DNA from: Synergistaceae bacterium
Lineage (GTDB): Bacteria; Synergistota; Synergistia; Synergistales; Synergistaceae
Direction: 5' to 3'
Assembly (NCBI GenBank): GCA_030533085.1
Contig: JAUNJZ010000001.1
Coordinates: forward strand, 24,814 to 88,813
Length of the DNA stretch: 64,000 nucleotides
This document shows positions 18,536 through 27,479 of the stretch, piece by piece. Both the position numbers and the translations under genes were made by a program. The stretch's first letter is position 1, and the number at the start of each line of letters is the position of its first letter. The notes under the pieces are model-generated. The model was not told the origin of the DNA. It saw only the letters and a program-made list of their open reading frames with translations, and made no database searches.

Positions 18536-19272
18536 ACATGTTCGTCCTCGCCTATGCCGAGATACTCACGAAGCCCTTTGAATCTGCGTATCGCCATCGT
18601 CAGATAGCCTGCCCAGCAGCAGCCGATGCCCATGCCGTGCGCCGCCAGCTCGAAATAGGTCAGCGCTATCGTCCCATCCTCAGGCCACATGTGATCTCCG
18701 GGGACAACGGCCACCGCCACATGCGGCGCGCCGCGCAGCAGCGCGTCCTCCCCCTCCTTGGCCTTCGCTATCATCGCCGCCCCAAGCAGCGCTGAGGGGC
18801 TTGTAGGGTCTTTGAATATCTCCTCTCGCAGCCAGCAGAGTATCAGATTCGTCACTTCTTTCGTCTTGACCGGCTCCAACGTCGCCACCCAGCGCACAGG
18901 CTGATAATTTACAGCCGTGGGAGCCTCCCTTACCGTCTCGAAGATCTTTTCAAAGCTCTCGCGCGTAAGCGGCTCATCCTTAAAGAGACGGACGCTGCGC
19001 CGCGTCTTGAGCAGATTTTCCGCCTGCTCCTCCGTCGGCATCGGGATATCGGCGGCGGCTACCAGCCTGTCGTCCTTCATAAAAGAGAGCGTGTCGGCGC
19101 AGGTCGGGCAGAAAAGCACGCACTGGCCGCAGCGTATACAGCGCCCCGCGCGCCTCTCTGATATTTCCGGAAAGCCGTCGTCTCCGTAACGGACGATATT
19201 GGCCGGGCATATTCTGATACATGTTCCGCACTTTACGCATTTTTCTCTGTCAACGATAAGCTCGTTCATCAA
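18445..19272 (-). CDS. ferredoxin-domain (2x[4Fe-4S]) nitroreductase-family protein
   Basis: The N-terminus has CVKCGTCIRICP ... CIRCGQCVLFCP. A nitroreductase fold follows: RRSVRLFKDEPLTRESFEKIFETVREAPTAVNYQPVRW. Confidence 0.85.
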   Translation of the reverse strand: MMNELIVDREKCVKCGTCIRICPANIVRYGDDGFPEISERRAGRCIRCGQCVLFCPTCADTLSFMKDDRLVAAADIPMPTEEQAENLLKTRRSVRLFKDEPLTRESFEKIFETVREAPTAVNYQPVRWVATLEPVKTKEVTNLILCWLREEIFKDPTSPSALLGAAMIAKAKEGEDALLRGAPHVAVAVVPGDHMWPEDGTIALTYFELAAHGMGIGCCWAGYLTMAIRRFKGLREYLGIGEDEHVCGAQMVGWPLLKPVRQYAPRREVKVRWID

Positions 19273-19478
19273 TATTCACACTCCTGATCCTTCATTCGCC
19301 TATAATTTTAACACCAGCCGCGAAATTTTTATATCGGCGCTTCGCTTTTGCCGCGGAGTCAATAATAAGCCGCCGCCGCTTTTCGCGCTTCCGTTAAAAG
19401 ATAGGGGGCGCTTTGCCGGAAATTAAGATATAATCAGTAGCTGAAACGGCAATGCCGGCGAACGATGGAGGTACTGTT

Positions 19479-21023
19479 ATGAAACGAACGGCAATACTTA
19501 CGGCAATGATAATGACGATCGCCCTCGCGACGGGCGCTTTCGCTGATATGTCGCAGTTAGTCCCGCCATTCCACTGGACATATCATTCTCTGAGCAACCT
19601 CTCTTCCAAAGGGCTGATAAGCGAGCAGGTAACGCCCGGCAGGAGCGCCTATACCGGAGAACAGGTAGTGGCGCTGGTCGTCATGGCGCTGAAACACGCG
19701 GAGAGGGATATAACGAAGCTGGGAGACCTGGAGCTTACAAGCATGAGACAGCTTGCCAACGCCTACCGCCCCTATTTCAAAACGGCAGGCTACGACTACG
19801 ACGTTATCAGAAACGATATTGAGATATGCGCGATGAGGGCTGGGCTGACGACGCTGGATACGGGCAACGGCTTCAAGCCTAATCCAAAGGCGCTTTCGGC
19901 CAACGCCGCGCTATCCGTCAATAAGTTCACCTTCGACCTCTATCGCGAGATCGCGGCGGAGCGCAAAGGCGAAAACATCTTCATCTCCCCCTACAGCGTT
20001 ACCTCCGCCCTCGCGATGACCTACGCCGGAGCGCGCGGCATAACGGAGAGGGAGATGGAGCGCGTCCTGTCTATCAACCCGGATATACACAAAAGCATGG
20101 GGGCGCTTATCGGCGAACTGAACTCCGTGCCGCGGGACATCGCGCAGATAAGGAGCGCGAACGCCCTATGGCCCGCCAAAGGAGAAAATATACTGCCGGA
20201 ATACGCGCAGACCGTTCAGGAATACTACAACGCCGCGCTTACGCCGCTGAACTACGCGGCGAACCCCGGCGCGGCGCGCAGGACGATAAACAAATGGGTG
20301 GAAAAGCAGACCCAGAACAAGATAAAAGACATAATCAAAGAGGGGCTGCTGACAAAGGAGACGCGGATGCTGCTGACAAACGCGATATACTTCCAGTCGC
20401 GCTGGGAGGAAGAATTCGAGGCGGTAAACACCGCGCCGCGCCCCTTCCGGATCAGCCCGGGCAGGTCGGTCATGGCTCTCACCATGGACCGCACGGCGCA
20501 GCGGCTCAGCTACGCGAAGCTAAGCGACGCCGAAATGATAGCCATGCCCTACAAGGGAGGGCGCTTCTCGATGATCGTCATACTCCCAGATGAAAACTCG
20601 ACGCTCGACACGCTGGAGGCGGCGCTCAGCACGGAGCAGATGGCCCGCTGGACGGCCTCGATGGAGGAAAAGAAGGTAAAAATACTGCTGCCCAAATTCA
20701 GACAGGAGGACGACTACGACCTCGCCTCCACGCTCTCAAAGATGGGAATGGCGTCCGCCTTCGTGCCGGGCGAGGCGGACTTCTCCGCCATCACCGGATT
20801 CAACGACTTCTACATAAGCAACATAGTCCACAAGACCTTCATAGATGTGGCGGAGGAGGGTACGGAGGCCGCCGCGGCGACCGCCGTGATAATGATGAGG
20901 ACCTCTCTCCCATTCGAGGATCCAGAGCTTATAACCTTCCGCGCCGACAGGCCGTTCCTTTACATGATAAAGGACAACTCCTCAGAAGCGATAATATTCA
21001 TAGGCCGCTGCCTGAAGCCGTAA
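19479..21023 (+). CDS. serpin-family protease inhibitor with signal peptide and N-terminal SLH-like domain
   Basis: Signal peptide MKRTAILTAMIMTIALATGAFA. SLH-like segment PPFHWTYHSLSNLSSKGLIS. Serpin core ISPYSVTSALAMTYAGARG...FRADRPFLYMIKD. GGAGG lies upstream of ATG 19479. Confidence 0.85.
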   Translation: MKRTAILTAMIMTIALATGAFADMSQLVPPFHWTYHSLSNLSSKGLISEQVTPGRSAYTGEQVVALVVMALKHAERDITKLGDLELTSMRQLANAYRPYFKTAGYDYDVIRNDIEICAMRAGLTTLDTGNGFKPNPKALSANAALSVNKFTFDLYREIAAERKGENIFISPYSVTSALAMTYAGARGITEREMERVLSINPDIHKSMGALIGELNSVPRDIAQIRSANALWPAKGENILPEYAQTVQEYYNAALTPLNYAANPGAARRTINKWVEKQTQNKIKDIIKEGLLTKETRMLLTNAIYFQSRWEEEFEAVNTAPRPFRISPGRSVMALTMDRTAQRLSYAKLSDAEMIAMPYKGGRFSMIVILPDENSTLDTLEAALSTEQMARWTASMEEKKVKILLPKFRQEDDYDLASTLSKMGMASAFVPGEADFSAITGFNDFYISNIVHKTFIDVAEEGTEAAAATAVIMMRTSLPFEDPELITFRADRPFLYMIKDNSSEAIIFIGRCLKP

Positions 21024-21172
21024 GGCGGCCTTTCCGCCATTTCAGCGAGCGGGAAAAAACTCCGCGGCTACTCGATCGTTTGCAGCCGTTCTTTCGGCCG
21101 TGTTGACCTTTAACAAATAATCCCCGCCGGCAGCCGCGGCGGCGGCCTTTCTCCCTGCGTTATCTTCCCGTA

Positions 21173-22696
21173 TTATTTTACCCCGGCCATTAGCAGACCT
21201 ATTTTTTCGATGTCGCTGTTTTGCGGCTCCTCAATGACTCCGCTTATGCCGCCGCTGTACATGACGGCTATTCTGTCTGACAGTGAGGTCAGCTCTTGCA
21301 GGTCTTTGGAGACGAGCAGCACGGCCGCGCCGGCTTCGCGCGCCTCTATGAGCCGCTTGTGAACGAATTCCGCCGCGCCTACGTCAAGCCCCCAGGTGGG
21401 CTGCATCGCGATTATGACCTTTGTCGAGTCGGATATTTCGCGCGAGAGCATCAGCTTTTGAAGATTGCCGCCGGATAGGACGCGCACGGGTGCTAAGAGG
21501 CTCGGTATCTGCACGTCGTAGTCTTTTACGCGCTCCGCGGCGAAGTCTGTGACGCGGGGCCAGTCTATGAAGAGGCGACCCTTTTCCATCGGTGGGCGGC
21601 AGTAGCCTTTCAGCGCCATGTTTTCCGCGACGTTCATGCCGGCTACCAGCCCTACGCCTTTGCGGTCTGCCGGGATGTAGCTGACGCCGCTTTCGATGTA
21701 GGCGCGCGTTCCCGCGCCGGTCAGCTCGCGCCCCTCTATTTTCACGCTTCCCGATTCCGGCGGCAGCAGTCCGGCAAGGACTTCGCAAAGCTCGTCCTGG
21801 CCGTTGCCGTCCACGCCGGCGACGCCCAGTATCTCGCCGCCGCGTATGGATAGCGAAACGCCGTTCAGCGCCTTTGCGCCGCGTTCGCCGCGCACTGTGA
21901 TATCGGAGCATTCAAAGACGACGCCGCGCGGCTCGCTTCTTCCCGCTGCCTGCGCCGCCCCTTCGAGGCTGTGCCCTACCATCATTTCCGCTATTTCTTC
22001 TTTCGAGATCCCGGCGGCCTGCCGCGTCGCCACGCGCAGCCCTTTGCGCAGCACTGTCAGACGATCGGATATTTCCATTATTTCTTCTATTTTGTGCGAG
22101 ATGAGGACGATGCCGTGACCCGCCGCGACCATGTTTTTGAGTGTCTTGAAGAGCTCGCGCGTCTCCTGCGGGGTGAGGACGGAGGTCGGCTCGTCGAGTA
22201 TCAGCACCTTTGTCCCGCGGTAGAGCATTTTTAATATTTCCACGCGCTGCTGCTCGCCTATGGAGAGCTGCCAGACGCTGGCTTCGGGGTTGACGGAGAG
22301 GCCGTATTTAGCCGATATTTCGCGGATACGTTCTATTATTTCATCTTTTTTTATGATGAGCGGGATGTCGCCAAGCCCCAATATGATATTTTCCCATACT
22401 GTGAAGCCGGGAACGAGCATAAAATGCTGGTGTACCATGCCTATCCCGTTGTCAATGGCGGCCTTTGGATTCGGCAGGAAGACGTGGCTTCCCTCGATGC
22501 TTATCGTTCCGGCGTCGGGGAGGTATATTCCCGCGAGGCAGTTCATCAGAGTGGTCTTGCCGGCTCCGTTCTCCCCCAGGATGCTGTGTACCTCTCCTGC
22601 GAGCAGCTCAAAATCAACGCCCCTGTTGGCGTGCTGCCCGTAGAATATCTTGTCTATTCCGCGCATTGATACAAGAACTTTTTTCGTTTCCGCCAT
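21173..22696 (-). CDS. ABC transporter ATP-binding protein with two fused ATPase domains (sugar/nucleoside importer type)
   Basis: Walker A GENGAGKTT, signature LSIGEQQRV, and a second domain with LSGGNLQK. 507 aa. No permease or binding-protein gene is adjacent. Confidence 0.9.
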   Translation of the reverse strand: MAETKKVLVSMRGIDKIFYGQHANRGVDFELLAGEVHSILGENGAGKTTLMNCLAGIYLPDAGTISIEGSHVFLPNPKAAIDNGIGMVHQHFMLVPGFTVWENIILGLGDIPLIIKKDEIIERIREISAKYGLSVNPEASVWQLSIGEQQRVEILKMLYRGTKVLILDEPTSVLTPQETRELFKTLKNMVAAGHGIVLISHKIEEIMEISDRLTVLRKGLRVATRQAAGISKEEIAEMMVGHSLEGAAQAAGRSEPRGVVFECSDITVRGERGAKALNGVSLSIRGGEILGVAGVDGNGQDELCEVLAGLLPPESGSVKIEGRELTGAGTRAYIESGVSYIPADRKGVGLVAGMNVAENMALKGYCRPPMEKGRLFIDWPRVTDFAAERVKDYDVQIPSLLAPVRVLSGGNLQKLMLSREISDSTKVIIAMQPTWGLDVGAAEFVHKRLIEAREAGAAVLLVSKDLQELTSLSDRIAVMYSGGISGVIEEPQNSDIEKIGLLMAGVK

Positions 22697-22807
22697 TTCG
22701 ATGCCCCCATTCGACAGCTAAATAGTAACAGTAAATATCTTTCAAGACAAGAAGCTGGCGAAAGTATATAATTATCGAAGTTTTTGATTTGCGGAGGGGA
22801 ATTTTTC

Positions 22808-23695
22808 ATGGAGCTGTTCGGAGCGCGGGGGAAGCTGTCGGGCTATGGACTTGCCGCGGCGATTACATTTATATGGAGCGTTACCTTTGTATCGACGAAG
22901 TATCTGCTGGGCTTTCTCTCGCCGGGGGAGATACTTCTTTACCGCGTCGCAGTCGCCTATACGGCCTTTGCCGCGATGGAGCCGCATCCTCTTTCCTGCC
23001 GCGGATTGAAAACGGAGCTTAGGATAGCGGGGGCCGGCTTTCTTGGGATAACGCTCTATTTCCTCTGCGAGAACACTGCGCTTTCCTTCAGCGCCGCCTC
23101 GAACGTCGCACTTCTCTGCGCGACCGCGCCGCTGCTGACGGGGATTCTTTCTCACATCTTTACGTCAAGCGAAAAAATTTCAGGCCGTTTCGCCGTGGGA
23201 AGTATCTTTTGTCTTGTCGGTATATTTTTTATCGTATTCAACGGCCATTTTATCCTTAAACTCAACCCGCTGGGGGATATGATAGCTCTTTTAGCCGCGC
23301 TCTCCTTCGCCGCCTTCTCCGTCGTCATCCGCGACCTGAAGTGCGACTATACCCCCGTCCAAATTGCGCGCAAGATGCTCTTTTATACTCTGATATCGCT
23401 GCTGCTTCTGGCCTTTACGCCGGCGGTGGAGCTGCATCCGTCGAATCTGCTGCGCCCCGCCGTTGCGGGAAATGTCCTCTTCCTGGGGATATTCGCCTCC
23501 GCCTTCTGCACATGGGGCTGGAATATAGTTATATGGAAGCTGGGGGCGGTGAAGGCGAATAATCTTATCTACCTCACGCCGCCGATAACGATGCTCTTTT
23601 CTGCATTGATACTAAGCGAGAGAATAACGATATTCGCAATAGCCGGCGGCCTGCTCATCCTGACCGGCGTCTATATCTCGCAGAAGATGAAGTAA
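22808..23695 (+). CDS. EamA/DMT-family transporter
   Basis: About 295-aa protein with 10 hydrophobic segments and two EamA-like halves. GGAGGGG lies upstream of ATG 22808. Confidence 0.8.
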   Translation: MELFGARGKLSGYGLAAAITFIWSVTFVSTKYLLGFLSPGEILLYRVAVAYTAFAAMEPHPLSCRGLKTELRIAGAGFLGITLYFLCENTALSFSAASNVALLCATAPLLTGILSHIFTSSEKISGRFAVGSIFCLVGIFFIVFNGHFILKLNPLGDMIALLAALSFAAFSVVIRDLKCDYTPVQIARKMLFYTLISLLLLAFTPAVELHPSNLLRPAVAGNVLFLGIFASAFCTWGWNIVIWKLGAVKANNLIYLTPPITMLFSALILSERITIFAIAGGLLILTGVYISQKMK

Positions 23696-23758
23696 AAAAG
23701 CCCCTTACAGGACGGACGCCGCGCTGACAGTAAAATAATCCGCAGCTGCGCGCCGTTA

Positions 23759-23767
23759 TGATATAAT
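23759..23767 (+). promoter_or_regulatory. extended -10 promoter element (TGaTATAAT)
   Basis: tgatataat at 23759-23767, about 128 nt upstream of ATG 23896, which implies a long leader. Confidence 0.35.
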
Positions 23768-23895
23768 CTGAAAATTAATTCATTCTGGAGCTTTGCTCTG
23801 TGGTTTTTGACGAATCAGATAATTTGGGCAGTCGGACTGTATGTGGTCTCAGAGCAACGGAGACAGGAAGGCTGTTCTGCGGAGGAGAGTTTATC

Positions 23896-25896
23896 ATGAG
23901 CTGTTCTGAGAAGGCGCGCCAGAAGGGGATACTTGGAATAGACGCGGGCGGAACATTTACAGACCTCGTTTTCTGGGGGGAGGAAGATTCGCGCGTCCTG
24001 GCCTCGGCAAAGACTCCGACAATACAGGGAGATCTCGTCGGAACGATAGAAAGGGGGCTTGACCTTATTCTTAAAAAGGCGGCCCCGGAACAGATAAAAA
24101 CTTTTAACCTCGCTACGACGCTGGCGACGAATGCAATCGTTGAAAACAAGCTTCGTCCCTGCGCCCTGATGCTGATCGGTTATGACAATGAGATGGCCTC
24201 CAGATTTATCAAAGGCGGGGCAGTGAATGCCGATTATATTTACCTTGTCGGCGGCGGTCATGACACGAGAGGCGGCGAGCGCGAGCCTCTCGACGAAGCG
24301 GCCTGTCGAAATGCCTGCAAAGAGGCTTTTGCCCATACAGATACAATAGCCATATCCTCTTATTTTTCGGTGAGAAATCCCTCTCATGAACTGCGCGCCC
24401 GCGATATAGCAGAGAGCGAGCGCCCTGGGGTATTCGTGAGCTGCGGTCATGAGCTGGCTGCCGAGCTGGACGCCGTGAAAAGAGCTACGACGGCGGCGCT
24501 GAACGCAGGGCTGATTCCAATAATCATCGACCTGTTAGATTCCGTGGAGGAGGTCTGTCGAAAGCGCGGCATCAACGTGCCGATCATGATTGTGCGCGGC
24601 GACGGTTCTTTGGTCAGTATGGAATGGGCGCGCACTCATCCGGTAGAGACGGTGCTTTCAGGGCCGGCCGCCAGCGCCATCGGCGCCTGCCGCCTTGCCG
24701 GAGCGGAGAATTTTTCCAGAGGTTCCTGCGTCGTGGATATCGGCGGAACAACCACCGATATCATCTATCTCAATGAAAAGGGGCGTCCCCTCCTTGGCAG
24801 GGATGGGACCACCGTCGGCGGTCATAAAACTCTTGTGAAGTCTATAGATACATTTACCTTCGGCCTTGGGGGAGACAGCAGGATATCATTCTCAGAGGAG
24901 CGCGAGCTTGTCATCGGCCCGCGCAGGGTAAGCTCCCTCTGTTCAGCCGCCGCGGAGCTGCCGGCGGTGACGAAATGTCTGAAGGATATTATCGCCTTCG
25001 GCGGCGCGCGTGAGCCGCTTATAGTATTTCGCGGCGAGAGGGGAAGGCCGGAGGGAAGCTTTGAAGAGCGCGTAATCTCTTTGCTTGAAGGCGGCCCCTC
25101 CGCGGCTGACCGGCTGTTGGAGAATGAGCGCTTCTCCAACAGAGGGCTGCTTCAGCTTGAGGATATGGAGCGGCGCGGGCTGCTGCGCTTTGCCGCTTTT
25201 ACGCCTACCGACGCTTTGACCGCTCTCGGCAGGCTTGATAAATGGCCTGCCGAGGCCTCCGCGCTCGGAGCTGAAATACTGGCAGGCTCAAAGGAGGGGG
25301 CAGCCGCCCTCTGCGCGGAGGTGTGCGAAAGAGTGAGCCGGATTGCCGCTAAAAATATATTCAAGAAAAGGTCATCCTCTCAGGGATTTGATTTTGACAG
25401 GGAGGCCGGTGCTGAGGCGCTCATTGATTTTATCCTCGCTCAGCACGGCGGCGCTGCGCATGCTGCGCGGTTGAAGCTGAACAACGAGATAATCGGGGTC
25501 GGCGCTCCGTCGTGGGCTTTTATTCCGAGGGTGGGAGAGCTGCTTTCCGAGACTGCGCTTCATCCGGCGGGGGCGGAGGTGGCCGGCGCGGTCGGAGCGG
25601 CTGTAGGCGCCTTTTTTATGAGCTACGCGATTCTTATCACCCCGCTTGCGGCCGGCGGCTATCGCGCGCACCTGCCGAACGGCGTAAAAGATTTTGAGCT
25701 TCTGGACGAAGCCGTCGATGACGCTGCAGCGGAGGCCGTACCATGGATAAAAGAGCGCGCCGCCAGCTCCGGCGCGAAGAATCCGATTGTCAGCTATCGG
25801 AGGGAAGATACGGAGGCCGAGATCGCCGGAGGGGCCATGCTGTATCTGTCAACGCATATATATTTCGACGTTTCCGAAGGGCTTGAGATAGCGTGA
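23896..25896 (+). CDS. hydantoinase/oxoprolinase A-family (ASKHA-fold ATPase) protein. No HyuB partner is present.
   Basis: The N-terminus GILGIDAGGTFTDLVFW is typical of Hydant_A_N, and VVDIGGTTTDI lies in the second actin-like lobe. GGAGGAG RBS before ATG 23896. Confidence 0.75.
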   Translation: MSCSEKARQKGILGIDAGGTFTDLVFWGEEDSRVLASAKTPTIQGDLVGTIERGLDLILKKAAPEQIKTFNLATTLATNAIVENKLRPCALMLIGYDNEMASRFIKGGAVNADYIYLVGGGHDTRGGEREPLDEAACRNACKEAFAHTDTIAISSYFSVRNPSHELRARDIAESERPGVFVSCGHELAAELDAVKRATTAALNAGLIPIIIDLLDSVEEVCRKRGINVPIMIVRGDGSLVSMEWARTHPVETVLSGPAASAIGACRLAGAENFSRGSCVVDIGGTTTDIIYLNEKGRPLLGRDGTTVGGHKTLVKSIDTFTFGLGGDSRISFSEERELVIGPRRVSSLCSAAAELPAVTKCLKDIIAFGGAREPLIVFRGERGRPEGSFEERVISLLEGGPSAADRLLENERFSNRGLLQLEDMERRGLLRFAAFTPTDALTALGRLDKWPAEASALGAEILAGSKEGAAALCAEVCERVSRIAAKNIFKKRSSSQGFDFDREAGAEALIDFILAQHGGAAHAARLKLNNEIIGVGAPSWAFIPRVGELLSETALHPAGAEVAGAVGAAVGAFFMSYAILITPLAAGGYRAHLPNGVKDFELLDEAVDDAAAEAVPWIKERAASSGAKNPIVSYRREDTEAEIAGGAMLYLSTHIYFDVSEGLEIA

Positions 25897-25911
25897 ATGG
25901 GGGGCTAAGAA

Positions 25912-26625
25912 ATGGCGCTTATGAAATTCGACGGGGTAAGCTTTGACTGGCAGGCACTGCTTGACAATTCACGGAAAGGCGGCCGGCGGAGAAAAATCTC
26001 AGATGATATGGCCGGCGCGGCCAGGCGCGCTTATGATGAAGGGGTAAAGGTTCTTGAGATGCGCGCGGTAATGGAAATATACAAAAAAGAGGCGGATGAC
26101 GACGAGGGGATAACTCTTTCTCTCCCGGATGGGGCTTCGGAGAGGATCTATATCGGCCCGAGAGTCGGCTATCTGTTCCCCGCCCATGAGACGGCCGTGC
26201 TTCTGTGCAGCGTCGGAGAGCCGCTTGTAACGCTCATGCGCGATTACGCCGCCGCTGGAGATCATCTGATGATGTATTATCTCGACGTGCTTGGGGTGAG
26301 GGCGCTCGCGGAGGTTTCTGCCAGAATGCGCGCGCATGTAGAGTCAGCGGCAAAGGAAAAGGGCTGGGGCGTCGGCCCTTCGATGCAGCCCGGCTCTGTG
26401 GAGGGGTGGGGGGTGCAGGGACAGCGCGACCTCTATCGCCTTGCGCACGGCGAAAGGATAGGGCTGGCTCTCAACGAAGCCTCTTTCCTCATTCCGCATA
26501 TTTCAGACTCCGCCATAATCGGAATGGGGCCGCATTATTCCGAGAGCAGGGTCGGCTCTATGTGTCACGAATGTCACAGAAGAGATAAATGCCTCTGGCG
26601 GCGCGAAAACGTCAAAGAAGCTTAA
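25912..26625 (+). CDS. methionine-synthase (MetH) activation-domain-like protein with C-terminal Cys cluster
   Basis: GDHLMMYYLDVLGVRALAEV...GWGVGPSMQPGSVEGWGVQGQRDLYRL...IGLALNEASFLIPHISDSAIIGMG follows the Met_synt_B12 pattern (D..G..., SPG, W..Q..LF, IG..L.ES, P.KS). The tail is CHECHRRDKC. Starts 16 nt after the hydantoinase-like gene. Confidence 0.55.
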   Translation: MALMKFDGVSFDWQALLDNSRKGGRRRKISDDMAGAARRAYDEGVKVLEMRAVMEIYKKEADDDEGITLSLPDGASERIYIGPRVGYLFPAHETAVLLCSVGEPLVTLMRDYAAAGDHLMMYYLDVLGVRALAEVSARMRAHVESAAKEKGWGVGPSMQPGSVEGWGVQGQRDLYRLAHGERIGLALNEASFLIPHISDSAIIGMGPHYSESRVGSMCHECHRRDKCLWRRENVKEA

Positions 26626-26691
26626 GGAAAGGCCGATTAAAACACGATCCGGTTTCGGCTGGGAGCGTGCCTTACGGAAGACGGATGAAAA

Positions 26692-27459
26692 TCAGCCGCG
26701 GCGTCTCTGTCTGACTGCCTCCGCGTCGCCTGGCGTCATTATGTGACAGCCGCCGAGCTGGTAGTAGAGGCATTTTCTGCCTGTGCAGGGCTTGCATGGT
26801 TCCATTTTAATCTCCGTCTCATATTCCGACGAGCCAAGGAGGATAAGAGAACACTGCGATTTTCGCGGGTGGAGCAGCGAGCTTCCGCTTGCCCTCACGC
26901 CAATCAGCCGTTCCGTATCTCCGAGCGAGACGACCTTTTCTATTAGATCCTGCCTCATGCTTCCCGTGCCGGGGTAAAATTCGCCGTTGATATACTTACC
27001 CATCGCGCGCGCGGGGCCGCTTTTCAGCCACTCGGTCATCCTCCGGTGCATGTTGTAGAGCGAGATAGAGCCGGCCACGTCAAGCAGCAGCCCGGTCATC
27101 ATATCATTCAGCGACGAGGTCATTTCTGTACATTTTGCCTCAAGCGCAGGGCCGATTGTCCACACCGCCATCGCCGCCGTTTCAACTGATTTGTTGCTCC
27201 GCGGCAGCTCCGCTCCGAAGTTCTCGGCGGCAACCGAGAAGGGCATGGTCATAACGCGCGCCGTCGGAGAGAGCAGCTTTTCATAGCCTTCGCTCTGCCA
27301 GTATTTCATGAATATCTCAAAGTTTTCCCTGTGCCTTGCTCCAAGTGATTCGTAGTGGCCGCTCAGCGCCGATAGGTCAACGCTCATCGGGGCCTCCTCG
27401 CAGCGTGCCGCCCCATCGCTTGCCCCATATTCAGAGAAGATTATATTGATGCTTTTCAT
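26692..27459 (-). CDS. second MetH activation-domain-like protein with C-terminal Cys cluster
   Basis: LLLDVAGSISLYNMHRRM...YPGTGSMRQDLIEKVVSL...IGVRASGSSLLHPRKSQCSLILLG shows the same pattern. The tail is CKPCTGRKCLYYQLGGC. ATG 27459 has a GGGGGAG RBS and lies 20 nt after the RACo stop. Confidence 0.5.
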   Translation of the reverse strand: MKSINIIFSEYGASDGAARCEEAPMSVDLSALSGHYESLGARHRENFEIFMKYWQSEGYEKLLSPTARVMTMPFSVAAENFGAELPRSNKSVETAAMAVWTIGPALEAKCTEMTSSLNDMMTGLLLDVAGSISLYNMHRRMTEWLKSGPARAMGKYINGEFYPGTGSMRQDLIEKVVSLGDTERLIGVRASGSSLLHPRKSQCSLILLGSSEYETEIKMEPCKPCTGRKCLYYQLGGCHIMTPGDAEAVRQRRRG

Positions 27460-27479
27460 TCTGCCCACTCCCCCTTGGC

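Noticed and set aside
16937-18607. 556-aa ORF on the plus strand
   Set aside because: It lies antisense to the Tet(M)-like GTPase gene, is Arg-rich, and has no motifs or RBS. It is a shadow ORF.
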